Origin: Macrostomum lignano
Taxonomy: Eukaryota
Length of the DNA: 64,000 nt
Direction: 5' to 3'
NCBI GenBank assembly: GCA_002269645.1
Contig: NIVC01000130.1
Span: forward strand, 1 to 64,000
A program made the position numbers and the translations under genes. The notes beneath the pieces are model-generated. The model was not told the origin of the DNA. It was given only the letters and a program-made list of their open reading frames with translations, and made no database searches. The stretch's first letter is position 1, and the number at the start of each line of letters is the position of its first letter. Positions 35,774 through 48,100 of this stretch are shown piece after piece.

Positions 35774-35965
35774 TATCAAAAATATATCATATGCAATCCT
35801 TAAGAAATTAGGCCTAGACCTAACTAAATTAGGAGAATTCCAGTTGTTTCGCCCCCAAACCATTTCAGCCATGTACATTTTGCCCCTAGGCCATTTCGCC
35901 CATAGTCTGTTTTGCCCATAAACCAGTTCGGAAATGGGCATTTTGGCCAAAATGGTGATTATGTA

Positions 35966-36137
35966 CACACATGCGCAACCTTGGGATTCACTCGGCCATT
36001 TCTATTGGCAACACACACATGTAAGTCGCTATTGGCTAAGAGCAGTCACGTGACTACTATTCTGTCCAATAGCGACTTACATGTGTGTGTTGCCAATAGA
36101 AATGGCCAAGTGAATCCCAAGGTTGCACCCAAGCATG
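35966..36137. mobile_element. Palindromic MITE with CA(C/T)ACATGCGCAAC-type end and 8-bp TSD
   Basis: Almost fully self-complementary 172 bp; ATTATGTA on both sides; left end CACACATGCGCAACC, right end degenerate. Confidence 0.75.
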
Positions 36138-36347
36138 ATTATGTATTTTAGAGATACAGCCATACATGTATCTTTATTTTCTTTTTTCAATGCTAATTTA
36201 TAGTTTTAATTTTTAATACAATATGATCTGAATTGTTGCCACAACAATTGTGTTATTGCGTTATTGTGATTTTGTTTATTATGATTGTGAATTAAATTAC
36301 AAGTTTTTTTAAAGTCAATTATTTAAACCAATTTGTACAATCTAAGG

Positions 36348-36609
36348 GAGCCTCTTCATGGCGATCAATTCTCGAACCAGAATTGGTTTGGATTTCCAAG
36401 AAAAAAAGCAGTATAACTATTTACCTTTGTTGAATGTTTGACTGCCTTAACAGCCTCATTTTGCACAATTTTTCACTTTCTTCTTGGCTATTGCCATTCA
36501 ATGATCACAATTTTAAAGCACTAATATCCCTCTAGTTTAGGAGACAAAAAGTTATACTTTACAAATTGGTTCTGGTTCTAGAACTAGAACAAGCAATATG
36601 AAAAGACTC
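36348..36609. mobile_element. Possible PIF/Harbinger-type MITE
   Basis: Degenerate TIR GAGCCTCTTCAT.../...ATGAAAAGACTC with a 3-bp AGG duplication. Confidence 0.4.
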
Positions 36610-37481
36610 AGGGTGAGAAAGGATTTCTCAAAGCACAAAGCATAAAACCGTGATAAAGTATAAAAGTAAAAATGCTATATAAAATTAGTCATTTCAATCA
36701 AAGCACAAAGTGTAAAACCCTGATCAAGTCTCTTTCTCAACAATGCTACTAGTAGCCTTGAATGCTTCAGCCCGGCACTTGTCCTTGATTTGAACTTTCA
36801 GTTCTATCACTAGTACCGTTTTGCCTGGACTGTCATGGGCCATGTTCTTTGTTGTTGCTGGAAAAGTGCCCATGTTTCTCTTTAACTCTGGCCCAGACAT
36901 ATAAGACCTGCCTTGGGATTTTGCTTTGCACTGTACATTTTGGCCTGGAATGAATTGAATAGAATTGAAGTTACAATGTACATGTATTAGTGTTATTTCT
37001 CAGTCAGCCAGTAAATGCAATACATGTGCTCATGGTCCACGGCTCATGCTCAATTTGCATATCTCTGCTCTATTGTGATTTTAGTATACATTAGTATATA
37101 GATTGTTGGTGTTTTAGCCTTGGAGTGGGGGTGGCTACTATTGAACCTTGCTTATAATAAATCGTATCATTGTGCACATGGTTGTCAGCAGTGCTCTTGG
37201 CACTTTCGTGCATACTCTCAGCTCATGACTTTGTTCATTTCAACCCCAGTCCAAATTGGAGGCGAAACAGTCCATGGCCAAAATGGTCTGTGGGCAAAAC
37301 AGTCTGTACTCTATGGGCAAAATGTCCATGGCCAAAACGGTTTATGGACGAAACAACTGGTTACCAATTAGGACCTATCTATATGATATATATCCATCCA
37401 TGAAATTCTAATGGCTAGACCTTATTGGCTAAGCTTATATGCTTTAGGCTAATATTTGAATATTAATATGATATATGGCAT

Positions 37482-38487
37482 GGAAGTGCTTATCCCCACA
37501 GTCCTGTGCCAATAATTCTAATTTTATCCATATAGATCTGTATTGATAATTTCTAGCTTATTTCCATGGCAGCTTATTGAAATAGCTGCCACCATTCAAG
37601 TCTATAGGCTGTGTCAATAATTCCAATTTTATTCACACAGATCCATGTCAATAATTTCTAGTTTAGGCCTATCCCCACAGCAGCTTATTATCTCTTTCTG
37701 TGCTGCAAATTATTCAAGACAGTGTATTTTATAGTCAAGCAAGCAAGCTGGTTTAGTTGACAAAATGAAGAGCAATGCATAGTTTGAGCAGGGCAGGGTT
37801 ATCGCTCGAGCATTTTTCTCTGTCCCGTTGTTAGGCAACCATATCACCCCCCCCAAGCATTGCTGCGAGTCTACTATGTTACGCGTTCGCAGGCTGCTGG
37901 CTTGGCCTTCAAACCTCAGCTTTGTTATCTGCCCTTTAGTGTAGAGCTGGTCTGGCTGGATCAAACCGGTCAAGACAAGAGGAGGCCATTGTTTTTTTCG
38001 CTTCGATGTAAGCACAATTCCAGTGCTTACACAATAATTCCAATTTTATCTATATAGATCCATGTCAATAATTTTCAGCTTATCCCCATGGCTAAGATTG
38101 TGCAGTTGTTTGTGTTAAGTTTGTGTACTGCTTTGAATTGATATTGTCATTATTATTAGTATTATTATCATTAGGCCTAGGTCTGTTTACATTTTAAATT
38201 TTGCAAGTCTCATTTGCCTCAATCTTAGGGTCTGTTTAGTCATTCTAAGCAAAGCTGGCAGCTAAGTGAATATTTAACTTTTTTAATGACAAAATTTTTT
38301 AACAAAGTACTTGATACTATTTAATAATTAGTATTCAGTAGCTTATTTGGAAGATTTGTAAAACAGTGAAAACAAATAAACAGTTTTTGAATAGATTCAA
38401 TTTAAGGTTCTCTATTCCAATAAGCTGCCATAAAGATAAGCTAAAAATTATCAACAGATCCATTTGAATAAAATTAGAATTATTGAC
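37482..38487. mobile_element. Second, right-truncated copy of the GGAAGTGCTTATCCCC MULE-MITE with an internal insert
   Basis: Collinear with 34835-35773 (TTGTGCAGTTGTTTGTG...TTTTGCAAGTC...AAGGTTC); extra ~340-bp GC-richer segment at ~37690-38030. Confidence 0.7.
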
Positions 38488-39640
38488 TAATTTTATATTA
38501 TATATTATATATAGTCTAGCTTAATGTGTTAATATAATATCTTTACTAGACCCTAGAGGTTATAGCCTATAGGTTAAAGTTAAAGATATGATTACAATTT
38601 CTTGAATTTATGACCATTCTTTTCATTGATTTCCAAAGTTCTACCATAATTGAATTCTTCCTAATTATAAGGGTCTAGCCTATCCATATCCATATGTTTC
38701 TATAGAGCCTAGTAAACTTTTTATAGCTATTATACAGTGCCTAAACTAGACTTGGACCCTGATAGACACCTTGGACTCTTTGGAAAGAGACAGCTAGATG
38801 TTACACATGACTATGATGTTGTATATAGTATAGCATTCAGAATGCATATTAGTCTAAATAGTAAGATCAATTCTATGTCTATATTAGGGGGCATGTGATT
38901 TAGTCTTTTGACTTGCTGCACAAACAACAACTTTGACTAGCTGGCCACATTATCCAATTAGAGGTTCCACTGCCCTCAGCTGCTATATAAAATGCTGTTA
39001 TTCAAGCTGCAAAAACTATACAGGCTAGCCGAAAGGTAAATGGCAAGATTTTTTTTATCCCATTTTCCTCTCTTTTCTCCCCTCTTTTCTCTCCCTTATT
39101 TTTATTTCCCCTTCTCTTATTTTTCTTTTTCTCTTCTTTTTCCTTTTCTATTCTTTTTTCTTTCCTCTTTTTCTTGACAATCTTTTTTTGTATTATTTAA
39201 ATAACTAAAGCAACAAAAATCTCCAATTCTTACCATACAAGGGATTGCAAGATCTTCTGTAAGGGCAATGGCCTACTCATTAGTTGGTTTCAAAGAAGCT
39301 TCTTTTGCATCTAGCCTTCTTTGATAGTGGCAAATTCTAGGTGGCTTCCCTAGATTTCATCTATTTTAAGTCCATATCATCACAACTACAATATGCATAT
39401 ATTGTCAAAAATGTTGTTGGAGTCCCTGACCCTAGGGATTTATGAGCTACTTTTATATTAAAAGTGAAAACATATATTTTAACTTTAGCCCGTCTCTACT
39501 TTTCCCCAATGTGCATGTCCAGAATTTCTGTCTTTGTTGCTTGAGTCTCCAATTCTAGGGACTTAAGAGCACCCTTCACATTGAAAATGAAAATATATTT
39601 ATCTTCAATTTAGCCCCCACCATTCCAACCCAATCTCAGT

Positions 39641-39830
39641 CATACACGCGCAACCTCTCTGATTTACACTGGCCATGCAACTTACTTTTTGACCATAAAT
39701 GCAACTTACCTGTGAAAGAAACCATAACGCAAAAACTAATGCAATTATGGGTAAACAGCAGAAGTAACTGTAACTGTCTTAATAAGGCTAAATGCCTCGT
39801 CATCTAATTAGTATTATGCCTGTATTATTT
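39641..39830 (-). mobile_element. Degenerate copy of the CATACATGCGCAAC MITE
   Basis: Starts CATACACGCGCAACC and follows 46102-46290 loosely (gggtaaac...gtaact...ctgtctta...gcctcgtca). Confidence 0.6.
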
Positions 39831-40022
39831 CAAGTACCTTTCCTTTAGTATATTGTATAGCAAGGGTTCCTCTTTCAAATTCAAATATGATCCATAATTT
39901 CACAGGGCATCATTTCTATTAAATCTTTTCTTACTTAGTTAATCCTGACCTATTGTGACATTATTTGATAAAATTTGTCACAAATTTCAGCGGCACTGTC
40001 ATCAGTTCTTCTAAAAGCAGCA

Positions 40023-43000
40023 ATGACTAGCAGCAGCAATTGCGGCGCCCAGAAGCAGCATGGATCAGGTGGCGGCAAATCTGCCGAACTATCAAAACTG
40101 CCAAAGCCGCCGAAACCGCCAGAGAAGCCTCTAGTACCCTACCTGCGCTATAGCCGCAAAGTTTGGGAATCTGTCAAAGTTGACAATCCCAATTTGAAGC
40201 TGTGGGAAGTTGGCCGAATTATTGGCAAAATGTGGCGCGAACTGGGCGACTCGGAAAAGCAACAGTTTACCGAAGACTACGAAGCTGATAAATTGCAATA
40301 CGCCGACGCGCTAAAGCAGTATCACAATTCTCCTCAGTACAAGGCTTGGCTAGCTTTGAAAGACCGATTAGAACAGGAAAATAGTCGCCAGTCGCCTATG
40401 ACTAGCGATGCCATTGTGAATGGCGACTCAACTGGCCCAGATTCTATTCTGCGGCAGCATCCACTGCCTGTTCAGCAGCTTCATCACCAGGCCCAGCTTC
40501 CGCCGCATTTGCAGCCTCATCAGGGCAGGTGAGTGGTCTATCTCTAGTTTATTCACCTTAACTGCTAGTAATACACCTGTAATTGGATTCTGAGCCATCA
40601 AAATATCATGTAATTCCCCGTATCCTGATAATTCCCCATCTAGCAGAATCCCAAATAATTCCCCAACCCCATCCAGTAGAATCCCAATAATTCCCCAACC
40701 CCATCCAGCAGAATCCCAATAACTCCCCATCTAGCAGCATCCCAATAACTCCCCATCTAGCAGCATCCCAATAACTCCCCATCTAGCAGCATCCCAATAA
40801 CTCCCCATCTAGCAGCATCCCAATAACTCCCCATCTAGCAGAATCCCAATAATTCCTCAACCCCATCCAGCAGAATCCGAATGATTCCCCATCTAGCAGT
40901 ATCCCAATAATTCCCCAACCCCATCCAGCAGAATCCGAATGATTCCCCATCTAGCAGTATCCCAATAATTCCCCAACCCCATCCAGCAGAATCCAAATAA
41001 CTCCCCATCTAGCAGAATCCCAATAATTCCTCAACCCCATCCAGCAGAATCCGAATGATTCCCCATCTAGCAGTATCCCAATAATTCCCCAACCCCATCC
41101 AGCAGAATCCGAATGATTCCCCATCTAGCAGTATCCCAATAATTCCCCAACCCCATCCAGCAGAATCCAAATAACTCCCCATCTAGTAGAATCCAAATAA
41201 TTCTCCACCCAACCCAATTATCCATTAAAATTCCCAATCTACAATGTCAATTGGAGACTCGAAATGCCATCTACACCCCTTGCAGGCAGCCGCATCATCA
41301 GCAACAGCATCACAGCCGGCATCATCACCACCACAGCGCCAGTAAGGAGGCCTACATCCAGGAGGATCTGGACGACATCCCCGATCCCTATAATTATCAG
41401 CAGCATCATCTCCCCGGCTCAGCTGCCGGCCCTCTCGATGACATGAGCGTGCCCACCGCTAAACACGTGGCCGCAGCTCGTTATCAGCGCAATCAAAGAT
41501 TAATGATGTGCGTGCTGACGGACTGCGAGCGATCGGTTCTAGAGGTAAATCTGATTGAACATTTATTAAGCTTTATTTCTGCGGTTTTGTGCTGGAGCTG
41601 TGTTGAGTAATAAGTTGGTACGGTTTTCGTGGGAATTGGGTGATTTGGTAGGGTTTTCATGGGGGTTGGGTGAGTTGGTAGGGTTTTCATGGGGATTGGG
41701 TGAGTTGGTAGGGTTTTCATGGGGATTGGGTGAGTTGGTAGGGTTTTCATGGGGATTGGGTGAATTGGTAGGGTTTTCATGGGGATTGGGTGAATTGGTA
41801 GGGTTTTCATGGGGATTGGGTGAATTGGTAGGGTTTTCATGGGGATTGGGTGAATTGGTAGGGTTTTCATGGGGATTGGGTGAATTGGTAGGGTTTTCTT
41901 GGGGATTGGGTGATTTGGTGCAGTTTTAAGGGGGATTGGTTTTGGGGCGGTTAAATTGGTACGGTTGGGGGGGGGGTAAATTGGTACGGTTGGGGGGGGG
42001 GGTTAATTGGTACGGTTGGGGGGGGGGTAAATTGGTACGGTTGGGGGGGGGTTAATTGGTACGGTTGGGGGGGGGTAAATTGGTACGGTTGGGGGGGTTA
42101 ATTGGTACGGTTGGGGGGGGGGTAAATTGGTACGGTTGGGGGGTGTAAATTGGTACGGTTGGGGGGGGTAAATTGGTACGGTTGGGGGGGGTAAATTGGT
42201 ACGGTTGGGGGGGGGGGGTAAAGTGGTACGGTTGGGGGGGGTAAAGTGGTACGGTTGGGGGGGGTAAAGTGGTACGGTTGGGGGGGGGTAAAGTGGTACG
42301 GTTGGGGGGGGGTAAATTGGTACGGTTGGGGGGGGTAAAGTGGTACGGTTGGGGGGGGGTAAAGTGGTACGGTTGGGGGGGGGTAAAGTGGTACGGTTGG
42401 GGGGGGTAAAGTGGTACGGTTGGGGGGGGGGTAAAGTGGTACGGTTGGGGGGAGGGTAAATTGGTACGGTTGGGGGGGGGGTAAAGTGGTACGGTTGGGG
42501 GGGTAAAGTGGTACGGTTGGGGGGGGTAAAGTGGTACGGTTGGGGGGGGTAAAGTGGTACGGTTGGGGGGGGGTAAAGTGGTACGGTTGGGGGGGGGGTA
42601 AAGTGGTACGGTTGGGGGGGGGGGTAAAGTGGTACGGTTTGGGGGGAGGGTAAATTGGTACGGTTGGGGGGGGGGGGGGGGGTAAATTGTTATGGTTTGG
42701 GGGGTTGAGTTGGTACGGTCTTGTTTTTTGTTAGAAAGGGTTAGTTTTTTGGAATTTGGACGAGTGTACACTTGTAGTTTTGGGATTTAAGTTTTGGCTT
42801 TTTTCATTGACGTTTTCGTGACTTCGGTTTTTAGGGGTTCAGAGGCTTGGCTAAGAGGTTGGAATTTTCTAGTTTCGTTTTTAGAGTTTTGAATTTTCGC
42901 GGATATTTTTACGCCAATTAACTGTTTGTTTTTATTGGCATTTCTTTCACCAACAGCGGAACCAGAAGCAATCAACAGCAGCATCAGCAGCTGATGATGA

Positions 43001-43445
43001 TGATGAAGAAAAAAAGTTGCGCATATTATCGCGTCAAGCCAATGCGCTGCGCCGGCACTGCGACAGTCTGGCTAGCGAACTGTTAGCGCTGGAGGCCAAC
43101 CAGGCCAATAAGCGGGCTCGCTTTGCCGCCTCTGCTACTGCGGGCGATGCCAATTGGCTGGCTATGGGCGAGCGTAGGCCTCGTATCGATTTTGCTAGCC
43201 TAGTTGATAGTGTTTGCGCCGATGCTAAAAAATCCAATGCTACTACTACTGCGAGTAGTATTATTAGCAGCGAAGACTATTGGGGCCCAGCATTGGAGCC
43301 TATCGATTGTTGGAGCACGGCGCCTACTGTAGAGTGTTCCGCAGCTCCTGTTGGACCGTTTGCGACGGCACAGTCTGTCGCATCAGCTACTACTACTAAT
43401 AGTACTACTACTAATTGTAGTAGTAGTACCGGCGCGTCACTTTAA
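40023..43445 (+). CDS. SMARCE1: SWI/SNF subunit BAF57 (HMG box + NHRLI-like motif + coiled coil), 3 coding exons, 417 aa
   Basis: Exons 40023-40528, 41286-41544, 42957-43445 (phases 2, 0). [24 protein letters not shown]...[18 protein letters not shown] box, [15 protein letters not shown], and [21 protein letters not shown] match the BAF57 layout. Confidence 0.92.
40605..41205 (+). repeat. C-rich minisatellite in SMARCE1 intron 1
   Basis: Mixed ~24-27-bp units such as AACTCCCCATCTAGCAGCATCCCAAT and AATTCCCCAACCCCATCCAGCAGAATCC. Confidence 0.92.
41625..41925 (+). repeat. 30-bp minisatellite in SMARCE1 intron 2
   Basis: Unit GGGTTTTCATGGGGATTGGGTGAATTGGTA, ~10 copies. Confidence 0.95.
41945..42720 (+). 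repeat. G-run minisatellite in SMARCE1 intron 2
   Basis: Unit GGTACGGTT(G)n TAAA(G/T)T with variable G runs, about 30 copies. Confidence 0.95.
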
Positions 43446-45190
43446 ACATCTTTGTACGTTCGAGTCCGTTTAGTTGTATAGCGGTTAATAACATTAATTA
43501 GTTAATTTATACACACCCAATATATGTTAAATAGGCCTGCTATGTTTACTCGTACATATCCTCCTCATTTAATGTCTTTTTAAACATTCTTGTCTCGTCT
43601 TGTCTTGGCATTCTTTGTTCGGAATTTTCTACAACACACTTGACATTTTTTCAAGCAGCCTGCATCTGATTTAATACCTAAATTTAATAGTAATAATTGT
43701 ATTAGACTGTCTTGCATTTTGTGTCGTCTCGGCCTGTGTATCTCTGCCTGCTAAGGTCCCTACAGTTAATTATTAATATAAGCTTAGCGAATTAAATAAC
43801 GCATTTTTCTAGCTAAAACTACCCCAGTTATAAGATTTGCGTTAGTCGATTTTTGTTAACTGTGTGTTGTATGCTTATGTATTTTGTAGGAATTTTCGTC
43901 ACTTTACCACGACCGTACGTCTTTTGTCTGTCATGCGTCCCTTCTTAACTCCAGATTATGCGCAGCCGAACTCGCCCGAGTTAAGTGATCACATGGGGAC
44001 TCTGATTCTTTGTGTACGATACTTCGTTGATTCGTATGACTTTTTACCTGTTATTACTACTGTTTATTTATTATATGCCTGACTATACAAGTAAAAATTA
44101 CCCCCCATTCCACAGCTTATCATAGCGGAATTCAATTTTATATGGCCATACGGGTAATAGGTTCATTTATCTGTTTAAATTTACTTGTTCGATTATTAGA
44201 CCCTACTTGTCGCTATCTGTTGAGTTGTTTGCTGGTGTTTTGTGTATCGAGCCTAAATTTATAACTCAAAATTTTCTAATTTAATTTTATTATTATAACC
44301 GCGTAGCTATACTGTAAATACTTTGTTAGCTAATTTCGTATAAATGTTTCGGCTACTAAAACATTGATCCACTATACAAGTATATCTTTAATATTCGTTT
44401 AATTTTCATGATATTGCAAATAGATAGGACAATTTGGAAACGTGATTGGCGTTCGTGCCAATATCCAGTGTTTATATAGCCAAGCTTCTACTGAAATTCT
44501 TCATGTTTGACTAATTTGAGCAAACATGATCAATAAGATCGTCTTTAGGTTCTTGCTACGCCCCATTACAATTATTACATGCAAATACCAACTAAATTTT
44601 TAGCCAATATCAAGTGGACTATTCAGATTCTAATTTTCTAAAGTCTAAATTTATCGGATTAGTCAGAAAACGACCTAAAGCTCCAAGTAAAGGTACAAGT
44701 ACAAGCGAAACGGTATTTCGATGAGACAAACAGTTCTGTACTTTTCCGTTATTTACAGAAATTAAGGTGAAAAATTTCAAACACTTTAAAAGCAAAAATA
44801 TAATTGTTTGTTTTATTATACAAGAAATAGAGAAAGTGAAATGTTTTGACTAATGCTTAGACGAAAATTTGTTTTACCGCAATGCATCTTTAAACAAATT
44901 TTAACTGTACAACAACAATTTACTTCACGGGGTTCCTCGCGCCATCATAACCAGCTTGTTGGCTTATATTAGAATTATTACCATCTACTTTACTGTTCAC
45001 GCGGATCCGTAGAGTTTTTGGTTGTTGCAAAATTAAGAAATAGAGTATCCATTCTTTTGCGCTGATTTTTTCAATTAGACGGGTTCAGTGTTCTGTGCCA
45101 TTTTAAATTGCAAACTTCTGCCATAAGAAAAAAGATTCATATAGTTTGTTCCTTTACTATCATTGATAATTGTGTTTGTAATTGTAAATC

Positions 45191-48100
45191 ATGTCTTCTA
45201 CTTCTAACAGTGCATATCAGATATCCAATCTTTTGGATAAGGTAAGCAAACCCTAACTGGCTTATAGGCAAAATTAGCTTGTAGCACAATTTTTGGCCTT
45301 AGATATTTATCAATATCTAAGCAATCAAGCATTCAATCAATCAATCAAGCTAAGCAATCAACATATAATGCTTCTTTTTAATCTTCTGAATGTTCTGATT
45401 TGTTACATAACCTATTCATGGTTATTAAGGTATAATAGTATTTAGTATTATTATCTATACTATAAGGCAGTTGTTATTTGTCTGGTGACTGGACAAATAG
45501 CCTTTTTGCTATTTGTCTGGTTAAATTGCTGACACAAGTATCTTATTTGTTTCATGATGAATAGACCTATTCTTGTATACTGATTAATATTTTCTTGTAT
45601 ACTAGAGTGTTAAGCAAAGCAGTATATTATTCAATTTGGCATAATTTGGTGTATAAGACACACACTAGTATAACAATATAATAATCAAGATATGAGTAAG
45701 AAGTCTTTGAAGTCTAGGAATATTTACCCTTGTGGTTATTTGTCTGGTATTAACTGGATGAATAGGAAAGCATGGTCAGGATCCAGTAACCGGACAAATT
45801 ACCACATCGCTATTCGTCTGGTCACTGGATAAATAACAACTGCCATACTATAAACATCCACATAATGTGATAGGCCTATATGATATGCCTATTATAGTTG
45901 TATACAAATTGTCAAAAAACTTATAAAGTTGCATGGACTTTTTGTAAAAGGCTTGTGCAATGAAAAAATTAGAAGTTAACATGTAGCAGTTTCATTAAAT
46001 GAGTGAGACAGGAAGTGGTAGTTTTTTGTATTTACTTTTTTGTTATTGAGAAGTCAGATAAAGGTTGCTTATTAGCTGGGTTTGCCTGGTATATATTTTT
46101 ACATACATGCGCAACCTCTAAAATTCGGTCGGCCATGCGACTTAGTTTTAACAAAAATGCGACGTAGTTTTTGGCCAAAAATGCGACTTACATGTAAAAA
46201 AAACGTAATGCAAAATTAACGCAACTTTGGGTAAACGGCAGGAGTAACTATGACTGTCTTATTAAGTCAAATTGCCTCGTCAGCTACTTAGTACTACTAC
46301 TTAGGTATTTTTTCGGGTGGGCATTTTTGCGACTTCCTTGGTTGGCCGCCAAATCGGTCGGCCGGATCGGCCGACTCGGCCAACTGTTGCGCATGTATGT
46401 ATTTATAGAAAAAGTAACCATGTTCTAGAAACTTCTCTAGGATTATTCCGATTATAGCAATAATATAATATATAATATACAATTAAAAATAAGGCAGTGC
46501 TTATCCCCACGGTACCGTAGGAATAATTTCTGTCTTCTTCCAACGGTACCGTGGGGATAATTTTCTGCTTATCCGCACGGCACACTGACGAGATAGCTGC
46601 CTATCTTCTACATATGCCGTGGGTTCATAATTTAGTTTAGTACTTACGGTTTGAGTGCAATATAACAACATAACTTTGCTTGGCTATTATTTTGATAGAA
46701 GTAAAGATTTAATGGCCTTTTTACGCAAAAGAACACTTTTTTGTATTTATGACATATGATTTAAGATGAATTGCTCTAGTAATTGTTTACAATTTAAGAA
46801 CTTTTAGCAACTAGTCTAATCCCGACATCCCCGAAAAGTCCATTGCCGCTGCTTCTGTAGACTTCTTACTAGACATGTAAATTCTCAATTTGTTTGTATA
46901 GATTATTGCATTGCTTCAACAATTCACCCGTGCGGATAAGCAGAAAATTATTCCCACGGCATATGTAGAAGATGGGGCAGCTATCTCGTCAATGTGCCAT
47001 GCGGATAAGCAGAAAATTATCCCCACGGTACCGTTGGAATAAGACAGAAATTATTCCTACGGTACGGTGGGGATAAGCACTGCCTAAAAATAAATGCCTT
47101 TAATAATAATGACTAATATTGTAATAATTAAACTATAAAGTTTATAAAGTTTAAGCATAGATAAAATATTTTGTTAGAGAAATTCCCAGAAAAATGAAGA
47201 AATTTAATTTATTTTATTAGGAAATTTTTACTAATACCAGATGCCTTAGGTTGATAAAACTTTCTAAAAATTAGATACATTAAAATTATGCTAACTAGCA
47301 AGATGCTGCAAGCATGACTTGTTTAAAAAGGTTTGTATTCTACTTGTGATATGAAATAAAAGTTTTGCATCTATATTGTAAGACAAAATCAGCCCTATTG
47401 GAATAAATGTTGAAAACCCGCGGACGCGCGCTTTAGAATAGAGTCAAATTATTTTCCCGCGCTTTAGGATAATTAGAGATGTCCCGAAAGAGCAGTTTCC
47501 TCGAAATCAAAATTCGTTAACTTTCCAAACTCAAAATTGAAATTTTCCGAAATCAAAACGCAGAAAAACAAAGTTTAGTATGACCAATACTCACTTTTTA
47601 CATTCGATTTACTGCTTATGCAAAATGAAATACACGTAGATGTAGCAGAAATTACTGCTTTTTTAGCGATTTTTGACTTTTCGATTTTAGCTTCCAAATT
47701 TTGACTTCTAATTTTATTCGAAATTGAAATTTGCTCTTAATAAAAATTCTAATTTTGGAAAATTCAAATTGAAATTTCGGAACATCTCTAAGCTTTATAA
47801 ATTATAAGTGTATAGGCCCCTTCCACAGAGGTATTAGATGACCCCTTTCCATGCATATGTATTTGCTAGAGCAGCAGCCAGCAAGAAAAGGCAGCGCGCG
47901 CACGCCGCGCAGGCGCTGCGCGCCTGTGCGCGCGCCGCGCTTTAGAAAAATTTCAAAAGTGCGCCGGACGCCGTCCGCGGATTTACAACTTTTTCCTATA
48001 GGGAAAATCAGCTATCTAAAAACATCTTTTATTGTCAAAATTTAAAAAAAAGTTCTTTATTGTTGAAATTACAAGAGTCCTTTATTGTTGCAATGTAAAA

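Larger units (their letters stand above)
35840..37360. mobile_element. Unclassified TIR element with TTTCGCCC/TTTTGCCC subterminal repeats
   Basis: Ends CCAGTTGTTTCGCCC... and ...GGACGAAACAACTGG are inverted; contains nested MITEs; TSD unclear. Confidence 0.6.

Noticed and set aside
38950-39990. SMARCE1 promoter and upstream exon (CCAAT 38954, TATATAAAA 38984, donor 39036, acceptor 39990)
   Set aside because: Plausible as a 5'-UTR exon, but such motifs are common in AT-rich DNA and the upstream ATG would be out of frame; needs transcript data.
41945-42720. Interstitial telomeric repeat
   Set aside because: The unit is ~22-25 bp with GGTAC and TAAA spacers, not a TTAGGG/TTAGG/TTGGGG-type short repeat.
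42052-42771. 239-aa extensin-like proline-rich ORF
   Set aside because: It is the C-rich strand of the intronic G-run minisatellite inside SMARCE1 intron 2.
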